IMG/VR virus record: IMGVR_UViG_3300045988_142974
Location: 96,001-160,000 of that record
Direction: 5' to 3' (one strand)
DNA from: a virus
DNA: 64,000 nt
The notes below the pieces were generated by a model. It did not search any database, had not been told where the DNA came from, and was given only the letters and a program-made list of their open reading frames with translations. This document shows, piece after piece, positions 43,277 through 51,920 of this stretch. Position numbers and translations under genes: made by a program. Numbering within the stretch: the first letter of the stretch is position 1; each line of letters starts with the position of its first letter.

Positions 43277-43930
43277 ATGGCATACATATATAGGTACACT
43301 GATTTAGTGGATAACATAATCAAATATGTTGGAATAGTATGGTCTGACAACAGAAGTTTAGAAGATAGACTGTATGAACATGAATTAAGAGATGACTGGT
43401 GTAGAACAAGAAAATGGAAAATTGAATACTTAACAGAGAATATTACAACAAGAACTGATGCTGAGTATTTTGAAGCACATTACATTAGTTTGTATCAAAC
43501 AGATAAATATTTTAATGTTTCTAAAGCAGGTTGGGGTGTAAGTTCATTTTTACCAAATAGAGAAAATGATTGGGTAGAATTTATACAAAAGCCAATTGCA
43601 TTAAAACAGAATTTGTCAGATTTGAGACTAACAATAATGGAAGAAAAGCGTAAGCTCAATAAACTTCAGTTTGAGATCGAGGATAAGAATAAAGAGTTGG
43701 ATAAGCTTGCGTGTAATATAAATTACTGTCTTGATTCATCTAATAATTTCACTCTTAACTCTAGTGAATTAATAAAAAGATTAGATGAGAAAAGAGCCAC
43801 GTATGAAGATTTCCAATATGGAATTACAAGTAAATCCTCGATTAATAAATGGATATATAGAGAAGAAGGAATTAGAGCTGCAATTTCGATAGTAAAAGAA
43901 TATCTTTTGGATATGAAGTGTGCAGTTTAA
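43277..43930 (+). CDS. GIY-YIG domain homing-endonuclease-like protein (free-standing)
   Basis: N-terminal YIYRYTD...IKYVGIV...RLYEH pattern; C-terminal coiled coil. Confidence 0.6.
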   Translation: MAYIYRYTDLVDNIIKYVGIVWSDNRSLEDRLYEHELRDDWCRTRKWKIEYLTENITTRTDAEYFEAHYISLYQTDKYFNVSKAGWGVSSFLPNRENDWVEFIQKPIALKQNLSDLRLTIMEEKRKLNKLQFEIEDKNKELDKLACNINYCLDSSNNFTLNSSELIKRLDEKRATYEDFQYGITSKSSINKWIYREEGIRAAISIVKEYLLDMKCAV

Positions 43931-43963
43931 GAAGAATTATCGGTTTCATGTGGAGGTAAAAAG

Positions 43964-44512
43964 ATGACAATAGATGAGAGAATAGAGTTCTTGAAAACAT
44001 ATATCAATGAGTTTGAAAAGACTAGCCAATATGGTTATGGATATAGAGCAAATGAATATTTAAAGACTTGTGAAAAGCTAAAAGCGTTGGGATTCAATTG
44101 GGGAGATAAAATTGATTTTGAAGATTTTAGAATCTACAAAGGTCATAATATCTCAAATTCATCTACTAACTATAAAGGTAATGACGATGATTATTATATT
44201 CATTGGGATAATGGCAATGTTGGTTGTCTGATGTTTGTTAATAGTGAAAATTGGGATTTAGCACAGGATGATTACAATGAGTTTTTAGAGAAATTAAGAT
44301 CTTATGGTGCTGTAGATTGGGATGATTTTAATGCACATATTATTTTTGACATTGAACATGGTAAAAAATTACTTGAAGACTATCCAAAAATCAGACAAGA
44401 GACTGCTGATAAAATAAAAAAGAAGTTGAAAAATGAAGAGTTAGCCAAAGCAAAAAGAAAGTATGAGCAACTTTTAGCTGAGTCAGGAGGTGAAATTTCA
44501 AATGACTTGTAA
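43964..44512 (+). CDS. hypothetical protein
   Basis: ORF track. Confidence 0.55.
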   Translation: MTIDERIEFLKTYINEFEKTSQYGYGYRANEYLKTCEKLKALGFNWGDKIDFEDFRIYKGHNISNSSTNYKGNDDDYYIHWDNGNVGCLMFVNSENWDLAQDDYNEFLEKLRSYGAVDWDDFNAHIIFDIEHGKKLLEDYPKIRQETADKIKKKLKNEELAKAKRKYEQLLAESGGEISNDL

Positions 44513-44870
44513 GTATCCAATAACTAGTAGAAGTTATAAATTTTGTATAGGCTGTAGTGATATAGGTTGTTGCGAAGATGCTGTTACTTCTAATATACCT
44601 ATGCCAGAAGTTCAGCCGCCAAAGAATGTTATTCCGTCTGCATCCGAAGCAAATAAGATGACAAACAATGTAATTGATAGTTGCACTACACAGCAATTAG
44701 CAGAATTATTTAAATTAATTAGAGATGCGATTGCAGATGGCAAATTTTTAATCAGTGAAGATGGTTCTTTGAAGCCTGAAACACGAAAGAAATTAGAGGA
44801 ACTTGGTTATAAAGTCGAGACTGGTACTCAGGACAATGAGCCATATTACAGTATCAGTTGGAAGGAGTAA
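44502..44870 (+). CDS. hypothetical protein
   Basis: ORF track, trimmed to MTCKYP after CAGGAGGTGA. Confidence 0.5.
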   Translation: MTCKYPITSRSYKFCIGCSDIGCCEDAVTSNIPMPEVQPPKNVIPSASEANKMTNNVIDSCTTQQLAELFKLIRDAIADGKFLISEDGSLKPETRKKLEELGYKVETGTQDNEPYYSISWKE

Positions 44871-44872
44871 AT

Positions 44873-45124
44873 ATGGCATACGGAGTAAAAGTAGGAATTA
44901 AAGCAAAAGATATTTATGATAGATTAACACTTGCTGAAAAAGAAAGATTTGAAGAGGTCATTATTTCAGACGTGAACAAAACAGAAGATGAAGTAATTAT
45001 TACTGCAATTGCTATTGAAAAACATAATTATGATGAAAATAAATATAAGGAACTTGTAAAAAAGGAGTCTTGGGCTATGCAAAACATTGGGAAAATAAGT
45101 AGTTGTCCAAAGATATCTTTGTAA
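44873..45124 (+). CDS. hypothetical protein
   Basis: ORF track, trimmed to MAYGVK. Confidence 0.5.
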   Translation: MAYGVKVGIKAKDIYDRLTLAEKERFEEVIISDVNKTEDEVIITAIAIEKHNYDENKYKELVKKESWAMQNIGKISSCPKISL

Positions 45125-45184
45125 AAATCGCAGTAAATTTCGATTTCTTTTGGAGAATATAATTATAGAAAGAGAGGTACATAT

Positions 45185-46042
45185 ATGCCAGTGCATGATG
45201 ATTTAGGCGTTAGGATGAAGACATTTTATGAGCAGATTTCAAAGATAAAACTGATGAGAAGGTGTCCGGTTGCTATCAGAATTGATGGAAAAGCGTTCCA
45301 CACATTCACAAGAGGATTTCAGAAGCCATTTGATGAAGTGCTAATTAAATCAATGCAGGAAACAATGAAATACTTATGTGAGAATATTCAGGGCTGTGTT
45401 CTTGGCTACACGCAGTCAGATGAGATTACATTAATCCTTGTTGATTATAAGAAGCTCACATCTTCAGCATGGTTTGATTACGAGGTACAGAAGATTTGCA
45501 GTATTGCGGCGAGTATGGCTACGATGGCATTTAATAAAGCTTTTGTAAAAGAAGTTAAAAAATATTCTTTTGAACTTAGTATGGGAATTCATACAGATGA
45601 AGAAAGAAGATTATTAGATATTTATCATAAAGCTATAGACAAAGGTGCAATGTTCGATGCTCGTTGTTTCAATATTCCAAAAGAAGAAGTAACAAATCTT
45701 TGCTATTGGAGACAATTAGATGCTTCTCGTAACTCAATTCAGATGGTAGGTCAAGCCAATTTCTCACATAAAGAATTACAGAATAAGTCATGTAATGATA
45801 TTCAGGATATGCTTATGAGTCAGAAAGGTATTAACTGGAACGATTTGCCTACTTATCAGAAGAGAGGAAGTTGCTGTGTAAGGAATAAGATTATCATTGA
45901 ATCTGATGGTGTTATGGCAACTGCACAATTAAGAGACACTTCTAGGTCTGAAAATGAGTGGATTATTGATACAGATATCCCTATTTTCAAAGGTGAAGGT
46001 AGAGAATATATTGATAGATTAGTTTTTGTTGGTGAAGAGTAA
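45185..46042 (+). CDS. Thg1-like protein (tRNA-His guanylyltransferase family, 3'-5' nucleotidyltransferase)
   Basis: AIRIDGKAFHTFT, GYTQSDEITL, FDARCFNIP, YWRQLDASRNS. Collinear with yeast Thg1 by eye. Confidence 0.85.
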   Translation: MPVHDDLGVRMKTFYEQISKIKLMRRCPVAIRIDGKAFHTFTRGFQKPFDEVLIKSMQETMKYLCENIQGCVLGYTQSDEITLILVDYKKLTSSAWFDYEVQKICSIAASMATMAFNKAFVKEVKKYSFELSMGIHTDEERRLLDIYHKAIDKGAMFDARCFNIPKEEVTNLCYWRQLDASRNSIQMVGQANFSHKELQNKSCNDIQDMLMSQKGINWNDLPTYQKRGSCCVRNKIIIESDGVMATAQLRDTSRSENEWIIDTDIPIFKGEGREYIDRLVFVGEE

Positions 46043-46066
46043 GTAAATATAAAGGAGAATATATAT

Positions 46067-46423
46067 ATGAATGAAACAATTAAAAATGAAGAAGCGTTGG
46101 AAGAAGTTAATCCAGTTGATGAGTATTTAAAAAACTATAAGGAACAGAAACTTGCAGAGTTTTGTGTTCAGAAGGACAAAGAGATTGAGAACCGTAAGGA
46201 AGAAAAACAGAAACTCATGGAACAGATTACAGATATGAAAGTTACGGTTAAGCAGCATGACGAAACATGGAAGAATATGGATAGTTTGTATGCCAAGATT
46301 AAGAAATTATCTGTAAATGATTATTTGAAGTTATATCATATGATAAATAACGATATTGCAGGAAATTACTCAACAATTACAACTGTACTTCCTAGTCATG
46401 TTGGTATTAATGGCAATTGGTAA
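46067..46423 (+). CDS. hypothetical coiled-coil protein
   Basis: ORF track. Confidence 0.55.
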   Translation: MNETIKNEEALEEVNPVDEYLKNYKEQKLAEFCVQKDKEIENRKEEKQKLMEQITDMKVTVKQHDETWKNMDSLYAKIKKLSVNDYLKLYHMINNDIAGNYSTITTVLPSHVGINGNW

Positions 46424-46470
46424 AATAAGAGTACATGAATCTGACATTTCTTGGTTGTGGAGGTGAGATT

Positions 46471-46731
46471 GTGAAATACAACATTAAAACAGTAAGAACA
46501 TTAGTAACAGATAATAAGAAAAGCTTTAGAGTTGGTGAAGATATTGCATTTATGTTATTCAATAAAGTGGCAAATCATCACGACCACTACATAGGACATA
46601 TTATAGAAATGACAGACACTTCTATTAAAATTTCTAATATTGAAATTGATAGATGTCATGAAGATGGCGAAATGATTATTGACTTAGAAAATATTGAATC
46701 CAATAGCTGTAATTATGTGTATTATGATTAA
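46471..46731 (+). CDS. hypothetical protein
   Basis: ORF track, trimmed to the GTG after GGAGGTGAG. Confidence 0.5.
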   Translation: MKYNIKTVRTLVTDNKKSFRVGEDIAFMLFNKVANHHDHYIGHIIEMTDTSIKISNIEIDRCHEDGEMIIDLENIESNSCNYVYYD

Positions 46732-46762
46732 AATATAGAATATATAGTTGGAGGTAAAGAAT

Positions 46763-47155
46763 ATGAGATTTGAAAAAGAGACAGAGAATAAAATTAGAGA
46801 AGCATTTCGTCAGGAAGATTTTCAGAACTTTATGTTTGAGGCAGTTTTTGGTGAATCAAAAGACGAATATGATGAGTTATACAGGAATGTATATAAATGG
46901 GAACTTGAAGAGATAGAGGATAGATTAATCTATTTAGTAAAATCTCATATTCATCATAATGTTCATATTAACAGAAATGCCATTGTTACTTTTATTCTTG
47001 AAAATATAGCAGAAGATCTTGGTGGTGATGATTTAGATTGCAAAAATATAAAATTCTTTGCTTTCTGTAACCATCTATACTACATAATTTTTGATATTGT
47101 TGCTAAGCCATATTTTATGAAAGATGTAATGGATAAAGACAAAAGACAGAATTGA
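46763..47155 (+). CDS. hypothetical protein
   Basis: ORF track, trimmed to MRFEKE. Confidence 0.55.
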   Translation: MRFEKETENKIREAFRQEDFQNFMFEAVFGESKDEYDELYRNVYKWELEEIEDRLIYLVKSHIHHNVHINRNAIVTFILENIAEDLGGDDLDCKNIKFFAFCNHLYYIIFDIVAKPYFMKDVMDKDKRQN

Positions 47156-47193
47156 GATAAAACAGAGAATATATAGTTGGAGGTGAGAAACAA

Positions 47194-47541
47194 ATGAACT
47201 TACAGGAAAATGTAAATAAGTCACTAATGTTATCAAAGGTGGAACAGATGCATGATTTTAGAGGTTGGGCAAGAAAACTTCCTGCTTTTCACTTTGATAA
47301 AGAATGGGATGTGACGATTATTCCACCATTTGCAGGTGCGATTATCAGATTTGTAATTGATTATAATGGAAAGCATGTGTCGGTATATTTTGATGCGTAT
47401 TCAGAACTTGGATGGATGTATGATGAAGATGAGCAGCCAATTCCATATTTTGAATATTATGATGGTGAAGATACTCATAGATATTATCTTGATGAGTCAG
47501 AACAGATGATGACTGATATTAGAAATTTCTTAAACAATTAG
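47194..47541 (+). CDS. hypothetical protein
   Basis: ORF track. Confidence 0.55.
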   Translation: MNLQENVNKSLMLSKVEQMHDFRGWARKLPAFHFDKEWDVTIIPPFAGAIIRFVIDYNGKHVSVYFDAYSELGWMYDEDEQPIPYFEYYDGEDTHRYYLDESEQMMTDIRNFLNN

Positions 47542-47600
47542 TCTTAGCAATTCAGCTAACAATTTTCAAAAAATAAGAGAATAAAAGTAAGAGGTGAGAA

Positions 47601-47927
47601 ATTATAGAATACGATTTTGAAGGAAAAGAAAATGCTATCACGGCAGAACATTTAAGAAATGGTCAAACTTGTAAAGTGGTTGGATTTGGTCAGTCAATGA
47701 CACCAATACTTAAATCAGGTCAACCAGTAATTTGTAAGCCTGTGACAGAAGATACAGAGTTAAAAAAGAATGATATTGTACTCTGTAAGGTTAAAGGTAA
47801 TTATTATTTACATAAAATTTCAGCAATTAAAAATGGTGTCAGTTACCAGATTTCAAATAATCATGGTCATATCAATGGCACAATTACAAGAAGCAATATC
47901 TTTGGTGTTGTTGTTGAAATCCTTTAA
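47601..47927 (+). CDS. stand-alone S24-like (LexA/UmuD/signal-peptidase fold) peptidase domain protein; probable ATT start
   Basis: GFGQSMTP (GxSMxP serine motif). The frame is open from 47598, and the SD GAGGTGAG at 47591-47598 predicts a start at about 47601 (ATT). The track GTG at 47676 would cut into the domain. Confidence 0.5.
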   Translation: MIEYDFEGKENAITAEHLRNGQTCKVVGFGQSMTPILKSGQPVICKPVTEDTELKKNDIVLCKVKGNYYLHKISAIKNGVSYQISNNHGHINGTITRSNIFGVVVEIL

Positions 47928-48039
47928 GACTCATTTGAGTTACAATTTCCAATAAAAATGAAAATCGAATAGAGAATAAGTAAGTGAAAGGAGTTCAGTG
48001 GAAATCACTGTTTCATTCGGATTTTGAGGAGGTGAGAAA

Positions 48040-48657
48040 GTGCCAACAGGTTATACAGCATATATAAAAGATGGAGATATTACAACAGGAAAAGACTTTT
48101 TAAAGCTTTGTCTTAGAAATTTTGGTATAGCTATTAATATGAGAGATGAGCCATTATCAAAACCAGTCCCAACTCAGTTTGAACCAAATCCTTATTACAA
48201 GAAAGATTACGAGAAAACTGTTGATGTTCGTAATAAATATAGACAAATGACTTTTGATGAAGCGAAGAAAGAGCTTATTGATAAGCATAAAAAAGATATG
48301 GAATCAGCAAAAAAGTCTCTCGATGAATTTATTGCAGAAGATGAGCGATATATGAAAGTTAGAGATGAAATTGAAAAGTGGATTCCACCAACATCTGAAC
48401 ATGAAAATGTTAAGAAGTTCGCATTAAATCAAATTGATATATCGCTAAATACAGATATGAGAGAATATTGTAATAAGGAATTAAAAAAAGATTTAGACAT
48501 TAGCGATGAAGCAGTTCATTTATATATGAATGAGATTAATGAGTTTTATGAAAACAGTGTTACTAGAGCATATAAAAAATGGCAGGAAGAATTAAAGAGA
48601 ACTGCTGATAAAAATATGTGGATGAAACAATTCTTAGATAGTTTAGAGAATATATAA
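48040..48657 (+). CDS. hypothetical protein
   Basis: ORF track; GTG start after GGAGGTGAG. Confidence 0.55.
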   Translation: MPTGYTAYIKDGDITTGKDFLKLCLRNFGIAINMRDEPLSKPVPTQFEPNPYYKKDYEKTVDVRNKYRQMTFDEAKKELIDKHKKDMESAKKSLDEFIAEDERYMKVRDEIEKWIPPTSEHENVKKFALNQIDISLNTDMREYCNKELKKDLDISDEAVHLYMNEINEFYENSVTRAYKKWQEELKRTADKNMWMKQFLDSLENI

Positions 48658-48670
48658 GTGAGGTGAGAAA

Positions 48671-49114
48671 GTGGCAGATTTTAGATTTAATGAAGATTTT
48701 GCAAATAATTGGAAGTCAGGTCAGATAGTTATTTGTGAAGAAAAAGAAGGTGGTTATTTAATTGATAAAGCTGCACTTATTGAAAAGGACGAACTTTTAA
48801 AACATGGTGAATTTATCACAATGAATGTTCAGATATTGGGACATATGCAATCAAATGGTGTAGATGATTTATTCATGTACGATAGAGATTTCAAGCCAGG
48901 AGACACAGTAAAACATTTCAAAGGTGGTTTCTATAAGATTGTTGCCATTGGAACTAATACAGAAACAGAAGAAAAGATGGTTGCGTATCAGAATTTAAAG
49001 GATCAGAGAGTATGGATTAGACCATATGATATGTTTATCAGTAAAGTGGATAGAGAGAAATATCCAAATGCTTATCAGCCATATAGATTTATCAAAGTAA
49101 AGATTACTGCTTAG
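48671..49114 (+). CDS. DUF1653-like protein
   Basis: FKPGDTVKHFKGGFYKIVAIG...MVAYQNLKDQRVWIRPYDMF pattern. Confidence 0.55.
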   Translation: MADFRFNEDFANNWKSGQIVICEEKEGGYLIDKAALIEKDELLKHGEFITMNVQILGHMQSNGVDDLFMYDRDFKPGDTVKHFKGGFYKIVAIGTNTETEEKMVAYQNLKDQRVWIRPYDMFISKVDREKYPNAYQPYRFIKVKITA

Positions 49115-49123
49115 TAATTAGTC

Positions 49124-49173
49124 TTGAACGATTCAGTTCAAAAATTCCAAAAATCAAAACTGAATAGAGAATA
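49124..49173 (+). promoter_or_regulatory. intergenic cassette: GATTCA-loop hairpin + AAAATTCCAAAA + AGAGAATA box
   Basis: TTGAAC-GATTCA-GTTCAA (49124-49141); AGAGAATA at 49166-49173. Near-copy at 47544-47583. Confidence 0.45.
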
Positions 49174-49347
49174 TAAATATGGGTGGAAGAACAGCATACC
49201 CTTGGGTTTTTATACTCAAAAATCACTGTTGAAGATAGATTTTGCATAAATTTATTTTCTGTGTTCCGTCCATCTGGGCGTTTAGATAGATTGTTTTATT
49301 AACAATATTTACATAATTTTTTTTAATTTTAAGGAGGACATTTTTAA

Positions 49348-50241
49348 ATGGCAGAGACAACAACAAAGGAAACAAATTTAAGACAGGCAAATGCAAAGGC
49401 AACAGCAGTAGGTGTAGTTAGTGAGAAGGATCTGAAGATTGTAACAGAGGATGGAAAGAATAAGGTAACAGGTCATATTACAGTCAAGACTTCTGATGTG
49501 AATTTCGTTAAGTACAACGTCAATGTAAATGAGAAGACTAAAGCTGGTACTGATAACAAAACTTATGCAGGCATTCAGACAGTAATGAACGAGTACAAGT
49601 CTATTGCAGAAGTTGGTGAGGAAGAGGCTACAAAGGTTAGAGTAACTGGTGATATTAGTCCATTCACAGGTAAGAATGGTGAGAAGATTGTATCTTACAA
49701 GAGCAATTTCTTCAATAGATTAAAGGCTGGCGAGGATTATGATCCACACGCAGAGTTCGCAATTGAGGTATTCATTTCTGGTATCAATCCTGAACTTGAT
49801 ACTGACGGTGTTGAGACAGGAAGAATCGTAGTAAGCGGATGGATGCCTACATATAACGGAATTGAGCCAATCGACCTTGTGGCAGAGGGTGAAGTAGGAC
49901 AGGCTGTTGATTCAGGATTTGAGGTAGGACAGACAGTAGAATTCTACGGAGACATTATTAATAACAGAATTGAGACTGTAACAGAGATTCCAGTTAAGAT
50001 TGGTAAGCCAAGAAAGAAGGTATCTGTAGAGATTAAGAGTGATCTTCTTATCACAGGTGCGTCTGAAGCATATGAGGAGGGCATTACACCAGAGCTTCCA
50101 TATGTCGCTGAAACAATTCAGGCTGCAATTCAGGAGAGAGCAAATCGTCTTGAGGAAGCAAAAGCTAAAGCTCAGAGTGGTGCAAAGGCATCTACTGCAA
50201 AGCCAAGTGGTGCAGCACATGGTAGAAGTTTAGGTTTCTAA
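49348..50241 (+). CDS. putative phage ssDNA-binding protein (function inferred from position only)
   Basis: ORF track. It is the first gene of the replication block, directly upstream of the AAA_24 ATPase, with a low-complexity C-terminal tail. Confidence 0.4.
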   Translation: MAETTTKETNLRQANAKATAVGVVSEKDLKIVTEDGKNKVTGHITVKTSDVNFVKYNVNVNEKTKAGTDNKTYAGIQTVMNEYKSIAEVGEEEATKVRVTGDISPFTGKNGEKIVSYKSNFFNRLKAGEDYDPHAEFAIEVFISGINPELDTDGVETGRIVVSGWMPTYNGIEPIDLVAEGEVGQAVDSGFEVGQTVEFYGDIINNRIETVTEIPVKIGKPRKKVSVEIKSDLLITGASEAYEEGITPELPYVAETIQAAIQERANRLEEAKAKAQSGAKASTAKPSGAAHGRSLGF

Positions 50242-50328
50242 TCTAACTTTGTTGTAGGTACGAATGAAATAGTTTGAAATATGTACCATTTTTATAAAAA
50301 AATATTTTTAAAAATAAAGGAGAATTAC

Positions 50329-51318
50329 ATGAACGAATTAGATATTTTTAATCCACAGGTCAGCACAGTAGCAAAAGGTTTAGAGGGCAAGGTTATTCTT
50401 GTCTATGGTGGAAATAACTTAGGAAAGACTAAACAGGCAACTCGTATGAAGAAGCCATTCTATCTTCCATTCGAGGCAGGTCTTAATGCCATTCCTGGTG
50501 TTCCATATTGTCCTATTACAAAGTGGTCTGACTTCATTAAGATTAACAAGCAGCTTACAGATCCTGCAACAGTAGAGAAGGCAAGAGAAATGTATTCAAC
50601 AATTATCTTTGATGAGATTGAAGCGGCTGCAAATTACTGTCAGGAATTTATTTGCCAGAAGTATAAAGCTCCTTCAATCGGAGAAGGAAACGGTGGATAT
50701 GGACTTTGGAAAGAGTATGAGACTGAGTTCTGGAAGCAGATTAACAAGTTACTTGGTGCTGGATATTGCTGTTACTTTATTGCACATGCACAGGAGAAGG
50801 ATGGATACATTTCACCAAAGGCTGATAAGAGAGCGTTAGCACCTATCATTAATAATACAGACTTATGTGTTTATGTTCGTTCTAATGGTGTTGATAAAGA
50901 CGGTAAGGTTGTTAAGTCTTCTGGTTTCTTAGCACAGACAGATGAGTTCTTTGCTCGTTCTCGTTTCGATTATCTTCCTACTACTTATATTGAGGAGTTC
51001 ACTGCTGAAGCTCTTGAAGATGTAATTATTAAGGCTATTGAGATTCAGGAGAGAGAAGAGGGAATCACAGCAGTTACATATGAGGAGCAGAAAGCACAGA
51101 GAACAGTTGATGTTAAATCATATGATGACCTCATGGACGAGCTACAGAAACTTGGAGAGAAGCTTGCTGATAATGGATATCTTGAGGATTTACAGACAAT
51201 CGTTGCAAATCAGTTAGGCGAAGGTAAGAAGGCTAGTGATCTGAAGAAAGGTCAGGAACAGCTTATTGAAGCAATCATTTATGATATTGAGAGTTTCATT
51301 GAGGAGAATAACTTATAA
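50329..51318 (+). CDS. AAA_24/Sak4-like RecA-fold ATPase
   Basis: Walker A LVYGGNNLGKT; Walker B IIFDEIE. Trimmed to MNELDIF. Confidence 0.7.
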   Translation: MNELDIFNPQVSTVAKGLEGKVILVYGGNNLGKTKQATRMKKPFYLPFEAGLNAIPGVPYCPITKWSDFIKINKQLTDPATVEKAREMYSTIIFDEIEAAANYCQEFICQKYKAPSIGEGNGGYGLWKEYETEFWKQINKLLGAGYCCYFIAHAQEKDGYISPKADKRALAPIINNTDLCVYVRSNGVDKDGKVVKSSGFLAQTDEFFARSRFDYLPTTYIEEFTAEALEDVIIKAIEIQEREEGITAVTYEEQKAQRTVDVKSYDDLMDELQKLGEKLADNGYLEDLQTIVANQLGEGKKASDLKKGQEQLIEAIIYDIESFIEENNL

Positions 51319-51329
51319 GAGGTTGATAC

Positions 51330-51920
51330 ATGGCAGCTCGAAGAAAATGCGTAATATGCAATGAGCCAATTGTAGATGAGGATGGCGTTCCATACAAGGG
51401 ACGCTATGCTCATAAAAAATGTTTTAATATTGCAATCAAGACATTGCAGAAAGATAAAACTGAACAGATAGATAAAGTTGCTACAAAGAAAAAAGTCGGT
51501 AGAAAGGCTAGACCTCAAGCTGAATTGAAAGAAGCATTGTCCGAAGAGGAATATGCAAAAAAGCAACAGTATTATAAGTATTTAAGAAGTCTCATCGAAG
51601 GAGAAGAATTAAGTACAAAAGTATATGCCTTAACAGAAGATTATATCAAGCGTTATGGTTTTACATACGAAAGCATGTATAAGACTCTGGTTTATCTGCA
51701 TGAAATCATTGAAAAGGATTTAACTGGTGATGTAATTGGTATTGTTCCATATTATCACACAGAAGCAATGCAGTATTATGAGTCGGTTGATAAATTGGAA
51801 GAACATAATGAAAGTATTGATATTTCAAATATGTACAAAGAAAAGACCATTATTGTTCAACCTAAAAGGAGAAAAATAAAACAGATTGATATTCAGTCAA
51901 TTGGGAAAGGGGTGAAATAA
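51330..51920 (+). CDS. hypothetical zinc-finger protein in the replication block
   Basis: CVICN...HKKC motif. Confidence 0.55.
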   Translation: MAARRKCVICNEPIVDEDGVPYKGRYAHKKCFNIAIKTLQKDKTEQIDKVATKKKVGRKARPQAELKEALSEEEYAKKQQYYKYLRSLIEGEELSTKVYALTEDYIKRYGFTYESMYKTLVYLHEIIEKDLTGDVIGIVPYYHTEAMQYYESVDKLEEHNESIDISNMYKEKTIIVQPKRRKIKQIDIQSIGKGVK

